From IMG/VR virus record IMGVR_UViG_2923682817_000001, positions 1 through 64,000 of that record: a stretch of 64,000 nucleotides of DNA; one strand, written 5' to 3'. Position 1 is the stretch's first letter. Each line of letters starts with the position of its first letter. Below, in pieces: positions 45,664 through 55,381 of this stretch. Source of the DNA: a virus (lineage: Duplodnaviria > Caudoviricetes). The notes under the pieces were generated by a model that ran no database searches, had not been told where the DNA came from, and saw nothing but the letters and a program-made list of their open reading frames with translations. A program made the translations under genes and the position numbers.

Positions 45664-47214
45664 TCAGGAAGTGGTCAGCGTGCGGCGCTCGGCCTCGGCC
45701 CAGAGCGCAGAGTCGTCGGGCGCAGCCTCCAAGCGCTCCCAGAGCTCCGCGTCAGGCAGGCTGGCCAACGTCGCGGCGATCATCTCGGCCAGCTCGGCCG
45801 CCCAACGCACGTCGATCTCTGCGCGGACCTGCGCGAGGCGGGCGGCGACCGACGGGGCGAACCGGTCGCCCTCGCAATCCAAGACCCCCGACTCTTCCTC
45901 AAGGGCTTCAGTGGTCATGGAGGCGACGTCGGGCCGCGGGGCGATGGCCACCAGTACGGCCGGGCGCGGCGCGCGTCGCTGGGCGGGCACCGGCGGGGCG
46001 GCGGGCGCTTCGACGGCGGGCGCCTCGGGCGCGGCCTGGTCGACGTCGGCGGGCGCGGTCTCGGGCTCGGACTCGACGGCCGGGGCGGTCTCGGCGGGCG
46101 CCTCGGGCGCGGCCTGGTCGACGTCGGCGGCCGGGAGCATCGCGGCCTTGGTCGGGCGCTTGAAGTACCCAAAACACGGATCGTCTTCGGAGACTTCCAC
46201 GGCCGCCGTGAACTCCAGCCGGTCGCCCTTGTCGACACTGAGGGCGGACGGGCACGTTCCCCAGACCATAAAGCCGCGGTCGTCCTTGACGGTGATCTTC
46301 ACCGAACCGCCGCGCCCGTACCCATAGTTATTGTCTCGCCATTCGGCCTTGAGAACCGTTCCCGCGATCTTGATGCGCTTGTCAGTCACCGGGACCGGGG
46401 AGGCCTCGGACTGCTCACGGGCGCGCTTGGCCGCGCGCTCGTCGGCCTGGTCGACGATCTTCGCCAGGGTGGCCGACTGCTTAGGGGTCAGGTAGCCGTA
46501 CCGGTTGAAGGCGCGCACCATGTCGTCAGTGAAGCGGCCCGCCCAGTCAGACAGCACGCGGTAAAGGCGGTGCTGTCGCTGGCTCCCCCGCGCGGGGAGG
46601 CCGTTTTCCCGCACGTAGTCCAAGCGGTAGTAGCCCGTGCACGTGGAGACGGGGATCTGTCGCGGGTCAACGTCGGCGTTGTGGTTGGCCGCGGCGAATT
46701 CGGCGTCTTCCAGCGCTTCGGCGTTGCGCTCCGCGTGCTCCTCCTCGGTCTTGCACAGAGAGCACATGCGGTCGAATTCCTGCCACTCGTCCAGGAAGGC
46801 CAGCAGGCGCGCGTTCTCCTCCCCCTGGGCCAGGAACGCGGCCCGCTTCTCGGCCCGCTCGGCCTCTATGCGCAGCTGCTCGCGGCGGTTGGTCGACTGG
46901 ACCTGAAGGAAACGGATCTTCCCGGCGGCCTCGGCCGCGATCTCCATTTTCTCGGCGCAGTCCTGGCCGATGGTGATCCACTTGCCGGTAGGGGCGTAGA
47001 GGAAAACCGCGATGTAGCGCATACGCGAGCCGCAGATGTCGCACTTCGTGGCCGCGCGGCTGGTCTCGGCGTTGGGCCGGTAGGTCTCACGCTCCCACTT
47101 GATGAACTCGTGGGAGTAGTCCTTACGCTCTTCGTCCCAGCAGTCCACCGCGTCCATGAAGTGGTAGGCGGTGGCGTCGATGACGCTCGGTCGGTGGTCG
47201 TCGGTGCGGATCAT
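45664..47214 (-). CDS. Early-array protein with a Zn-finger and an OB-fold-like domain
   Basis: CDICG...IGQDC; IAGTVL...VWGT.P...KGD...F.A.V...FKRP; internal repeat of about 38 bp encoding ADVDQAAPEAPA. Confidence 0.7.
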   Translation of the reverse strand: MIRTDDHRPSVIDATAYHFMDAVDCWDEERKDYSHEFIKWERETYRPNAETSRAATKCDICGSRMRYIAVFLYAPTGKWITIGQDCAEKMEIAAEAAGKIRFLQVQSTNRREQLRIEAERAEKRAAFLAQGEENARLLAFLDEWQEFDRMCSLCKTEEEHAERNAEALEDAEFAAANHNADVDPRQIPVSTCTGYYRLDYVRENGLPARGSQRQHRLYRVLSDWAGRFTDDMVRAFNRYGYLTPKQSATLAKIVDQADERAAKRAREQSEASPVPVTDKRIKIAGTVLKAEWRDNNYGYGRGGSVKITVKDDRGFMVWGTCPSALSVDKGDRLEFTAAVEVSEDDPCFGYFKRPTKAAMLPAADVDQAAPEAPAETAPAVESEPETAPADVDQAAPEAPAVEAPAAPPVPAQRRAPRPAVLVAIAPRPDVASMTTEALEEESGVLDCEGDRFAPSVAARLAQVRAEIDVRWAAELAEMIAATLASLPDAELWERLEAAPDDSALWAEAERRTLTTS

Positions 47215-47352
47215 TTGGGGCTCCTTGCGGTCGTTCTTGGTGGATTACGTGGAGCCTAGCACAGATGAGGAATATACGTAAACATATTCCTCAACATGAG
47301 CCTGAACAGCAGAAACCCCCAACACCACATGAGGCGTTGGGGGTTTCTGTGT
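47215..47352 (-). promoter_or_regulatory. Repeat module: terminator, operator, promoter, leader A
   Basis: Operator 47266-47293; TTTACG-18-TAGGCT. Confidence 0.85.
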
Positions 47353-47367
47353 GGGGCTGTGGGGGCC

Positions 47368-47796
47368 TCAGTCCTCACCGGGCTGCATGAGGGTGAGAAC
47401 GGGTTCCCCCTTGTCCCCGGGGCCGAGGTGGACCACCAGGGAGACGCGGCGGGCCATCCTCCCGCGGCCACCGCGCGGCACCCGGTAGAGCTCCACCGGG
47501 GCCTTGCCACCACGACGACGGACGGCGTTGATGGCAAGGCGGGTCATCCAGACCACGTCCCACAGGCGCCCGGCCTGGTCCTGTACGGTCCCCTTGCGGT
47601 TGTTGTCGGCGTCGGTCCACTCCACGCAGTCGGCCCACACGGCCGCCGTCATGGCCAGCGGGATCACAATCCCGGCGTTCTCCAACAGGTCGGCCGGGAC
47701 TTCTCGGAGCAACTCATCTGCGATCAGGTCCGCCCGGGTGATTACGTCGATGTCATCGCCGAAAAGCTCGTTCATCTCGTCTTTGGTCATGCTCAT
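47368..47796 (-). CDS. DUF6573-like protein
   Basis: TRADLIAD...P.AMT.AVW.DCV.W...QD..GRLWDV.WM...GPGD.GEPV.T.M.P.ED. Confidence 0.75.
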   Translation of the reverse strand: MSMTKDEMNELFGDDIDVITRADLIADELLREVPADLLENAGIVIPLAMTAAVWADCVEWTDADNNRKGTVQDQAGRLWDVVWMTRLAINAVRRRGGKAPVELYRVPRGGRGRMARRVSLVVHLGPGDKGEPVLTLMQPGED

Positions 47797-47876
47797 GATC
47801 CGATTTCCCTTCGGTGGTGTGTGGTGGTGGTGGTCCGATCCGCCCCCGGACATCGCGCCCGGGGGCGGATCCGATG

Positions 47877-49151
47877 TCATGCGGCCAGCGCGGCGGCGTC
47901 CTGGTCGGTGGGGCTCTTGGCGTCGAATCCGAGGGCCGACAGGATCTCGTTAGAGACCTGAAGGACGCGGGCGGCGCTGTCCTTCACGGCCTTGACGTCC
48001 TTCCCCCAGCCGGCCACGTAGGGGACCGCGTACTGAGCCGATTCGATGCCCGCGACAGTGGCGACCACGAACGACACCGACTCGGCCTCAACCTCCTGGG
48101 CCTCCCGGCTCATGCCTCGCGTGTTGTGCTCGCACATGATGTGCGCCAGCTCATGCGTGAGGGACGTCACGGCCTGCGCGTCGACCTGGTGGCCCTTGAC
48201 CACAACGCGCCGTTCGGCGAAGTTCACGAAAGCCTCAGCGCTCCCGGCGTCGCCACGCTCCAAGGTGTACCCGCGGGCCTCAACCTGCGCGGCCAGCGCA
48301 TCCCACAGCCACGCCGGAGCATCGCCGGTCAGATCCTGGGGAATCGGCGCGGCGGCCGTCGGCACTGGCTCCCCCTCGGTCTGGGAGATGTCGAACACCG
48401 GGACCAGGAAGAACCGCGTGGAGTCGAACCCGGAGATAAGGGTGATCTCGGTTTCCTGACCGGTCGCGGCGTCGGTCTCCGTAACGGTCATGGTGTCGGC
48501 CTTCTTGGTGCGGGGCGCCCAGACCTTGAGAGACTTGCTTCCCTTGATCACCGTTCGTCCAAGCTTGTTCCACTCCGAAAGCGGGCGGACGTCGGTTGCT
48601 TCGGGCATCTGGGTCCGCAGAAAAAGCGTGTTGTTCAGGCTGTACTTACGCAGGGACGCCCGGAATCGGAGCATCTCGGCCCAACCCTCCGCGGTGGTCA
48701 GGGTCTCTACCGCGGCCGTCAGTGCCTCGTGGGCTTCCTGCATGCGCTTGGCGCGCTCCTCCGGGGTGAGACTGAACCGACCGGACTTCTTCTTGCCGGT
48801 CTTCTTCTTGCCGTTCTTCGCGGTGGTGGACTTCTTGGCCGGTGCGGCGGCGGCCTTGACGGGCTCGGGCTTGGGCTCAGGCTTGACCGGCTCGGGCTGC
48901 TGGCCGTCGATCTCAGCGAGGGCCGCCCGCCCAAGGTCGGTGATCACATAGGCCCAGTTGCTGCGGTCGGTCGGGGTGTTCTTCTCGACCAGACCGCGCC
49001 GCTTGAGAGCCTGCACCGAGTTGGCGTTAACGCCAGCCCTGCGCATGTCGTCCAGGAAGGCGGCCACGCTGCCGCCGGCGACTGCGAGATTCCGGAGGCT
49101 GGTGATCATCAGGGCGGAGAGGCCGCGGACGTTGTCGAGAGTGTTCGCCAT
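47877..49151 (-). CDS. ardC: ArdC-like antirestriction protein (ssDNA-binding plus HExxH domain)
   Basis: W..ML.F...L..YS.NN....Q...AT.V....W..LGR.V.KG.K; VFDISQT.G; THELAH; EVEAES. Confidence 0.85.
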   Translation of the reverse strand: MANTLDNVRGLSALMITSLRNLAVAGGSVAAFLDDMRRAGVNANSVQALKRRGLVEKNTPTDRSNWAYVITDLGRAALAEIDGQQPEPVKPEPKPEPVKAAAAPAKKSTTAKNGKKKTGKKKSGRFSLTPEERAKRMQEAHEALTAAVETLTTAEGWAEMLRFRASLRKYSLNNTLFLRTQMPEATDVRPLSEWNKLGRTVIKGSKSLKVWAPRTKKADTMTVTETDAATGQETEITLISGFDSTRFFLVPVFDISQTEGEPVPTAAAPIPQDLTGDAPAWLWDALAAQVEARGYTLERGDAGSAEAFVNFAERRVVVKGHQVDAQAVTSLTHELAHIMCEHNTRGMSREAQEVEAESVSFVVATVAGIESAQYAVPYVAGWGKDVKAVKDSAARVLQVSNEILSALGFDAKSPTDQDAAALAA

Positions 49152-49290
49152 TTTCGTGCTCCCTTGTGGTTGTTCTTGGTGGATGTGAAGACCGTAGCAC
49201 GTCCAAGGAATCTAGTGCAACACATTCCTTAAAAATGCCTCTGAGCAGCAGAGAGCCCCAACGCCATGCATGGTGTTGGGGCTCTCTGGT
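49152..49290 (-). promoter_or_regulatory. Repeat module: terminator, operator, promoter, leader A
   Basis: Operator 49204-49231; TTGCAC-18-TACGGT. Confidence 0.85.
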
Positions 49291-49297
49291 GGGGTGA

Positions 49298-49606
49298 TCA
49301 GTGGTCGCAGGTGACCGTCTTGCACTTGGCGAGCATCTCGTCAGCCCTGTCGTAACCCACGGTTGGCGACGACTCCCCCAGGCCGAGCAGTGCGGCAAGG
49401 CCGACGCGGAAGGCGTGCGCCTCGCCGTTGTAGAGCACCCACAGCATTGCGTCGCCGCCCTGGGTGAAATCCGGGTGGTGGTACTTGGCGGCCTGCCGGT
49501 ACGCGCCACACGCGTTGTAGGTGAGGCTGCGCGCCGCCTTGGTGATGTGCTCGCGCAGCTGGTCGGCCGGGGAAATGTCCGTGACAGGGGCGTTCTTGAT
49601 TCGCAT
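49298..49606 (-). CDS. Early-array hypothetical protein
   Basis: GGAG ribosome site; 102 aa. Confidence 0.65.
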   Translation of the reverse strand: MRIKNAPVTDISPADQLREHITKAARSLTYNACGAYRQAAKYHHPDFTQGGDAMLWVLYNGEAHAFRVGLAALLGLGESSPTVGYDRADEMLAKCKTVTCDH

Positions 49607-49638
49607 ATGAGGCTCCGAGCGCTTGGTGTGGGGGGTGA

Positions 49639-50016
49639 TCAGGCGGCGGCCGAAGTGCGGCCGTAGTTGCGGCTGTAGCTCTCGGCCTCGGCCATGCCGT
49701 TCTCGAAGTGCTTGGAGCCGTGCAGCATGCCGTACCAGCCGAGAATGCGGTAAGCGTCCACGACAAGCGGGTTCATCTCGGCCTCCTCCCGCATGCCAAG
49801 CTGCTCGTACATACCGAGGAGGTAAGCGCAGGTCTGGCGGGTGGCGCGGGCGCCGGTGAAAACGACCTGCCAGCTACCCGGGATCAGCCAGCGGCTACCC
49901 CGACCGGTGCGCAGGTCGGCCCCCTGAATGACGTTGCCGATTCCTCCCTCCGTGAGCGCCTCAACCTCCGCGGCGACGGCGTGAACGATCGTTCCCGTAA
50001 TGATCATGCGGCGCAT
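49639..50016 (-). CDS. Early-array hypothetical protein
   Basis: ATG after a leader A variant. Confidence 0.7.
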   Translation of the reverse strand: MRRMIITGTIVHAVAAEVEALTEGGIGNVIQGADLRTGRGSRWLIPGSWQVVFTGARATRQTCAYLLGMYEQLGMREEAEMNPLVVDAYRILGWYGMLHGSKHFENGMAEAESYSRNYGRTSAAA

Positions 50017-50054
50017 GTGGTGCTCCCTGCGGTGCGTTGTTCTTGGTGGTGTGC

Positions 50055-50184
50055 ACAGCTAACCACAGTTGAGGAATACACCGCAAGTCATTCCTTAAAA
50101 CTCTCTAGATCTCTCACATAAGGCCAGGTCACAGCCTTTTTTGAGGAATGAGTTGCAATACATTCCCCAGCTGTGGTTAGCTGA
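50055..50184. promoter_or_regulatory. Back-to-back operator/promoter pair at the centre of the early array
   Basis: Operators 50070-50097 and 50142-50169 lie in inverted arms, each ending CTGTGGTTAGCTG. Confidence 0.85.
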
Positions 50185-50236
50185 TGCCACGCCGGAAACG
50201 GCAGCGCCACGCAGCACCACCGAAGGGAATCGAATC

Positions 50237-50491
50237 ATGATCCACTACCACGTCATCAGGCCCGGCGAGTCCGGGGGCGGCAAGCTCGGCGGCCGTACCT
50301 TCGAGAAGCTGGACCACGCCCGCGCCGAATTTCTCCTGCTCGCCCCCCACCACGCACAGGGGATCACCGCGGAGTACTGCCGCCAGGTTTTCGCTAACGG
50401 CAACGTGGTTCGGCTGCGCGACGGAGACGAACACGGGGGCGCCCCAATCGCCTATTTCGCCGAGTGCAAGCGAGACGGCGTCTCCTGCTGA
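50237..50491 (+). CDS. Early-array hypothetical protein
   Basis: ATG after leader B. Confidence 0.7.
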   Translation: MIHYHVIRPGESGGGKLGGRTFEKLDHARAEFLLLAPHHAQGITAEYCRQVFANGNVVRLRDGDEHGGAPIAYFAECKRDGVSC

Positions 50492-50593
50492 TCTGCCTGA
50501 CGGGTCCTCCGCTCACCGCGCCGGCGATCCGGCGCGGCCGGGCGGGGCGTCCGCCTGGACGATCCACCACGCACCACTGAAGGGAATCCGATC

Positions 50594-50893
50594 GTGAACA
50601 AGCCGCTGACGCTTTCCACGCCCGAACTGCAGGCCGGGGACGTCGTCTTGACATACGGGATGCGCGTACGTCTCTCCCCTGAGCCGCGGATCTACCAGAA
50701 CAGGGGGACGGTCTACGCCTGGAACGGCACCGTCGAGAACCTGGACGAAGTCAAGGCGGACGGATTCGTGCCCATGTCGTTCCTGTCCGAAGGGCATTGG
50801 GTCGACGGCAAGGGGTGGGTGTACGAAGTGACCGGCCGCTGGGTCATTCAGGGAAACGACCTTGCTACCTGGGCTGTGATGCGGTCGGCCTAG
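50594..50893 (+). CDS. Early-array hypothetical protein
   Basis: Hairpin and leader B; W.IQGN.LA.W motif. Confidence 0.75.
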   Translation: MNKPLTLSTPELQAGDVVLTYGMRVRLSPEPRIYQNRGTVYAWNGTVENLDEVKADGFVPMSFLSEGHWVDGKGWVYEVTGRWVIQGNDLATWAVMRSA

Positions 50894-50985
50894 TGGGTCT
50901 GTCCGGGGACAAGCGGGCAGCTGCTCGCCGGTCCTCGCGTGGATCCACCCACGCCACCACCACGCACCACCGAAGGGAATCCGAC

Positions 50986-51579
50986 ATGAGTTGGTACCAG
51001 GATCAGGCGGCCATGCTGCAGCTCGCCCACGACATCGCCGAGCACCTGAAAGACTTCACGGTCGAGCTGTACCCCGTGCCCTTTGACGGCCACAGCAAGA
51101 TCAGTCTTGTAAACGGAGCGTTCCGCCTCGTGCTCCACCAGGACAGCGCGATGCACCGGAAGGGCAAGGTCACGTTCCTGACCGACTTGCCCTATGGCGA
51201 CAGGGTCAACGACCGTACGGTTACCTCCCCCGATCTCACCCTGAGCGCTCACCGGACCGGTAAGTCACTCGCCGGCGACATCACCCGGCGCCTGCTTCCC
51301 GAATACGTCCAGGCCATGCGCCAGGCGCGCGAGCAGATCGACGCGGCGCGCAGCCGGCGAGCCGAAACGAAGAACATGGCCCAGGCAATCGCCGCCATGC
51401 TGCCTGACGGCTACGCCAGGAACAGCGACGACAACGGCACCAACCAGCGCATCACGTGGCGCGGCTCCAAGGGACAGATTGACCTGTGGTCTGGTCGATC
51501 CGCGGTGGTCTCTCTGAACGTCGAGAGTCCCGAATTCCTCACCGAGCTGGTTGAGCTGATCGCCAAGCACTCCGCCTGA
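50986..51579 (+). CDS. Early-array hypothetical protein
   Basis: Hairpin and leader B; DITRRLLP.Y motif. Confidence 0.75.
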   Translation: MSWYQDQAAMLQLAHDIAEHLKDFTVELYPVPFDGHSKISLVNGAFRLVLHQDSAMHRKGKVTFLTDLPYGDRVNDRTVTSPDLTLSAHRTGKSLAGDITRRLLPEYVQAMRQAREQIDAARSRRAETKNMAQAIAAMLPDGYARNSDDNGTNQRITWRGSKGQIDLWSGRSAVVSLNVESPEFLTELVELIAKHSA

Positions 51580-51670
51580 CGGGTCCTCACCTACCGGGCC
51601 GGCGATCCGGTCCGGTAGGTGAGATGTCCGCCTGGACGAGTCCACCATGCACCACCGAAGGGGATCCGAT

Positions 51671-52024
51671 ATGACCATCAGGGACATGTCCAAGAAAGAC
51701 CTGGTCCACGTCGCGAACGGCGCTTTCACTAAGATCTACGAGCAGCGTACGGCCGTCCCCTCCTGGGGATCCGACGGCGCTATGACTAACTCGATGAGGG
51801 CCAACAACGAGGGCGACTCCGCAACCCTCTTCGCCGAATCCCGGACCTCTGGAATCTGGGCGCCGGACATGCGCGCGGAGATCGGCGTGCGGCTGCCGCT
51901 GTCCGAGCTGCGCCAGTACATTGCCGAGCTGACCGCGATTGCCGACGACCTCGAACAGCAGCAGGAGCAGCGCAAGGCCGATAACCGGGCCTTGATGCGC
52001 CTGTGCAACAACGGGAACGGCTGA
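51671..52024 (+). CDS. Early-array hypothetical protein
   Basis: Hairpin and leader B. Confidence 0.7.
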   Translation: MTIRDMSKKDLVHVANGAFTKIYEQRTAVPSWGSDGAMTNSMRANNEGDSATLFAESRTSGIWAPDMRAEIGVRLPLSELRQYIAELTAIADDLEQQQEQRKADNRALMRLCNNGNG

Positions 52025-52025
52025 C

Positions 52026-52373
52026 ATGGCGATCTCGTGGCGCAAGTACCGGAACACTGGTGAGATCTTCGGCCGGGTGTACATCGAGCACCGCTACGGG
52101 CTGTACGACTTGGTCAACATCCTCGCGAAGTACGCTCACGAAAACAACGACGCCGGCCCCTTCGACGAGCTCGACGTCACGAAACCCCTGTCGAAGACGT
52201 CGGCGGAGAAGTACATCCGCGAGCAGCTCCACGAATATGGACATCACGCGTCGTGGCTCTGGCGCGACAACACCGACGAGGACATGATCGAAATGTGCTT
52301 CGCGTGGGGTCGCGAAACCGCGATCCGAATCTGGCCGGAGTTCGCCGACCAGTTCGCCGAGGTGTCCGGGTGA
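52026..52373 (+). CDS. Early-array hypothetical protein
   Basis: Adjacent to the upstream stop; good codon usage. Confidence 0.7.
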   Translation: MAISWRKYRNTGEIFGRVYIEHRYGLYDLVNILAKYAHENNDAGPFDELDVTKPLSKTSAEKYIREQLHEYGHHASWLWRDNTDEDMIEMCFAWGRETAIRIWPEFADQFAEVSG

Positions 52374-52459
52374 AGTCCGATCATCTCTGATCATGGTCGG
52401 GCCGATTTTGGTCCGTTGGCGGATTGTGCCTCGCATCCCAACTGTGTTTGGCGGATTGC

Positions 52460-52590
52460 GCCCCGTATCCCAATTAGGATGCGGGGCTTTTCGCTGTTCA
52501 AAGGTGCTTTTAAGGAATATATTGTGTTTCATTCCTCACGCTGCCATACTGAGCACACACCACAGCAGTACCGAAGGGAACCCCCGCCCC
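52460..52590 (+). promoter_or_regulatory. Repeat module: terminator, operator, promoter, leader B
   Basis: Operator 52511-52538; TTGTGT-17-CATACT. Confidence 0.8.
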
Positions 52591-52821
52591 ATGAGCAAGC
52601 ACGACATGACCGAGCTCACCAAGGCCCTTACAGACCAAGGGTTCGAGGTGGTCACCAAAGGCGTCCGACACCCCAAGGTCTACAAGGTGACGACCAACCC
52701 CGACGGCGGTGAACGGCGCCGGCTGATCACTACGCTCCCGTCGTCGTCTTCATCAGGTCGGAACCTGGACAACACACTTCCCTACCTGCGCAGGGCTGGG
52801 TTCGTGTGGAAGAACCGCTAA
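52591..52821 (+). CDS. HicA-like toxin
   Basis: L.K.L..QGFEV..K...H.KV...T.PSS.S..R...N....LRRAG; 76 aa, basic. Confidence 0.65.
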   Translation: MSKHDMTELTKALTDQGFEVVTKGVRHPKVYKVTTNPDGGERRRLITTLPSSSSSGRNLDNTLPYLRRAGFVWKNR

Positions 52822-52896
52822 AAGTGACATCCCCCGCCCCGTCCTCAATACTGAGGGCGGGGCTTCCCCGTGCAATAACGACGACGAGGTGACGCG

Positions 52897-53226
52897 ATGG
52901 CCGAGAAGCAATGGTCGGTCCAGGTCGACTGGGGAAACGTCCCCAGCGAGCGCGAGATAGACACCATGCTGGACTACCTGAACGAGCACCGGCCGGACAC
53001 GCTCCCCGCTCTGGGCATCCTGGAGAACGGCCTGATGTCGGCTCGGCTGATGATCGCGACCCATGAGGGCTGGGACGCCGAGGCGGCCCTGTCGAGCGCT
53101 CGAAGGGCTCTCCAGCGCGCCCAGGGGGTCAGAGACCTGAGTATCCGACGGGTGGAGGTCATGCCCTGGGCGGAGTTCCTGGAGCGTGAGGAGGCGTTTG
53201 CGGACGGGGCGATGATCTCGACCTGA
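52897..53226 (+). CDS. HicB-like partner protein (no C-terminal HTH)
   Basis: Acidic ORF after the HicA-like gene; VEVM...EF..R motif. Confidence 0.45.
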   Translation: MAEKQWSVQVDWGNVPSEREIDTMLDYLNEHRPDTLPALGILENGLMSARLMIATHEGWDAEAALSSARRALQRAQGVRDLSIRRVEVMPWAEFLEREEAFADGAMIST

Positions 53227-53239
53227 CCGGCGCCCTTTA

Positions 53240-53372
53240 GGCCCCCGTTCCCCCTATGGGATCGGGGGCTTTTTGCTGCTCACAGTCTTTTTTGAGGAAT
53301 GTATTGCGCTGCATTCCTTGTCGGTGCTACGGTATTCACATCCACCAAGAACAACCGACAAGGAGCCACCAC
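53240..53372 (+). promoter_or_regulatory. Repeat module: terminator, operator, promoter, leader A
   Basis: Operator 53293-53320; TTGCGC-18-TACGGT; TCCACCAAGAACAACCGACAAGGAG. Confidence 0.85.
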
Positions 53373-53636
53373 ATGGCCCGCAACCTTCTCGCCAGCACCG
53401 ACTACCGGGTGCGCCTTCAGATGGCACTCACCCTGCGCGCCGACCGGCTGGCCGACCTTCAGGGCCTTGAGACCGAGCTGACGGAGGCGGCCGACGGCTT
53501 CACCCGCGGAATCCTGCGGACCCGCATTCGCGCCACGTCCAACCACATCGCGGGCTGGGAGGACTACATCAACGACGGCTGCCCCTACGAGCCGCGCGCC
53601 CAGGTCACCCGCTCCACCTACCGCCGTACCGCCTGA
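53373..53636 (+). CDS. Early-array hypothetical protein
   Basis: ATG after leader A. Confidence 0.7.
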   Translation: MARNLLASTDYRVRLQMALTLRADRLADLQGLETELTEAADGFTRGILRTRIRATSNHIAGWEDYINDGCPYEPRAQVTRSTYRRTA

Positions 53637-53824
53637 GGGGACGACATGACCGACGGTGAATTTCCCACGCTCCCCATCCTGTGCCCCGCCTGCTTTTTCA
53701 ACCTCAAGGACGACGGCTACCCCAGAGCACACCAGAACGCCACGGACGGGAAGACCTGCTCCTACGAGCTCAGCCCCGCATTGCTGGACTTCTGGTCCGA
53801 CCCTGACGCCTGAAGGGAGCTGTT

Positions 53825-54106
53825 ATGCGTACCTGTCTCACCCCTGATCAGTTGGCAAGCCTCGCCGCGCAGGGATTCGCCGAGTCACAGCGCAGCCGCT
53901 TCGTTGACCCTGACGCAGTCGCCAAGTCCAAGCGGATTCTTTGCGAACGCGGAGAGGAATGGGCCGCAAGCGTTCTCATGCGCGACCTTTCCCGCCGGTC
54001 TCTCCTGCTTCCCCATCTTCCGTACCTGGAGAACGGCGAGTTGGAAACGCTCATCCTTGCCGACCGCGCCGAATGGGATCAGCTCGCGGCGCTGGCTCAG
54101 GCATAA
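53825..54106 (+). CDS. Early-array hypothetical protein
   Basis: GAAGGGAG ribosome site; 93 aa. Confidence 0.65.
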   Translation: MRTCLTPDQLASLAAQGFAESQRSRFVDPDAVAKSKRILCERGEEWAASVLMRDLSRRSLLLPHLPYLENGELETLILADRAEWDQLAALAQA

Positions 54107-54135
54107 CCACCCTGAAAATACGAGAGGAACCGATC

Positions 54136-54492
54136 ATGGAACAGACCACCGTAGACCAGCAGATTTCCGAGGCCGAGCAGCGTGCGGCGCTGGCCCAGAC
54201 CCGCGCGGACTGGGAGAAGTTCGACGGCATCCGCCAGCGGGTGAACGCCATGGACATCATGGTCGACGCCTTGCGCGGCAAGACGGCCGACGGCCCGTGG
54301 CTGATCACGGCCGGAGCCATCCGCGTGAAGGACCTGGAGAAGCTCGTCACCCTGGCCGAAATCGCGCTCCGGGTCCACCGCGAGATCCAGTCGTGCGCGG
54401 ACCAGCAGATCCCCCTTGAGGGCCGCGAATCTGAGCTGGCATTCGACCTCTGGAACCGCGTCAACACCTTGAACGCCCAGCAGTCCGAGTAA
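54136..54492 (+). CDS. Early-array paralog (C-terminal module only)
   Basis: F.GIR.R.NAM...DLE.L..LAE.A shared with 54579-55277. Confidence 0.75.
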   Translation: MEQTTVDQQISEAEQRAALAQTRADWEKFDGIRQRVNAMDIMVDALRGKTADGPWLITAGAIRVKDLEKLVTLAEIALRVHREIQSCADQQIPLEGRESELAFDLWNRVNTLNAQQSE

Positions 54493-54578
54493 CCCTCACC
54501 GTAGGCGGGCCGATTTGGTCCGGTCCGCCTGCGGGCAAGGCCACTCGGCCGAGTCTGTTCGCACTGAAGGGAACCCCC

Positions 54579-55277
54579 GTGAAGAAGTCCGGCATCAAGC
54601 CTGGCGAGTTCTACGCCCTGAACAATCGCTACAGCACCGACCTGGTACGCGTGATCAATCTCGACCAGCTGGTGGTCAACGTTGACCGGAGCTGGGACCG
54701 CACCGTTCGAGCGTGCTTCGAGACCTCCCGCGACAAGCGGCCGACCCGCTGGAACTACGCGCAGGCCTCGGGATTCGCCGCGGTGAAGCTGGCGAGCGAC
54801 ACCCCCGAGCTGCGCGAGGCCGCGGCCAAGCTGACCCTTGACGACTTTCTGGCCGCCACGAATTCCGAGCCGGCTGACGGTCTGGAATTCGTGATCGTGA
54901 CGACCCTGGCCAAGATCCTCGGCCCGTACACGGAGGTTATGGCCGCCAAGGAGGCCGAGGAGGAGCGGGCGAGGCTTGCCCGCGAGCAGTCCGAGAAGAA
55001 GGCCGCGGAAGTGGCTGAACGGTTCAACGGCATTCGCGGGCGGCTCAACGCGATGGGCGTCACCGTCTTCCCCGAGCGCGTTGGCGGGACCATGTCAGGA
55101 AGGGCCTACATGGACGACTTGGAGCGGCTCGCCGCGCTGGCCGAACTCGCGGTTGATCTGCACACCAAGATTGACCAGGGCGCCGGATCCTTCGAGATGG
55201 CGTCGATCGAAGCGCATAGGTACGGCGCGGGATACGCGTTTGGGGTCTGGGAGAAGGTCCAGGCTCTGAACGCCTAG
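54579..55277 (+). CDS. Early-array paralog
   Basis: Hairpin and leader B; similar to both neighbours. Confidence 0.75.
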   Translation: MKKSGIKPGEFYALNNRYSTDLVRVINLDQLVVNVDRSWDRTVRACFETSRDKRPTRWNYAQASGFAAVKLASDTPELREAAAKLTLDDFLAATNSEPADGLEFVIVTTLAKILGPYTEVMAAKEAEEERARLAREQSEKKAAEVAERFNGIRGRLNAMGVTVFPERVGGTMSGRAYMDDLERLAALAELAVDLHTKIDQGAGSFEMASIEAHRYGAGYAFGVWEKVQALNA

Positions 55278-55381
55278 TTGTCCCAGTGGTCCTGTTCGCC
55301 GGCGGGCCGATTTGGTCCGACCCGCCGGCGGGCAAGGCCGCTCGGCCAGCTCCGCTACGCACCACCGAAGGGAATCCGATC

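Noticed and set aside
46015-46131. Direct repeat of about 38 bp as a recombination or regulatory site
   Set aside because: In-frame duplication inside a Pro/Ala/Glu linker; only two copies.
50496-51650. Hammerhead ribozyme suggested by CTGACG before the stems
   Set aside because: The CUGANGA and GAAA cores are absent; in the 51577 copy the TGA is simply the upstream stop codon.
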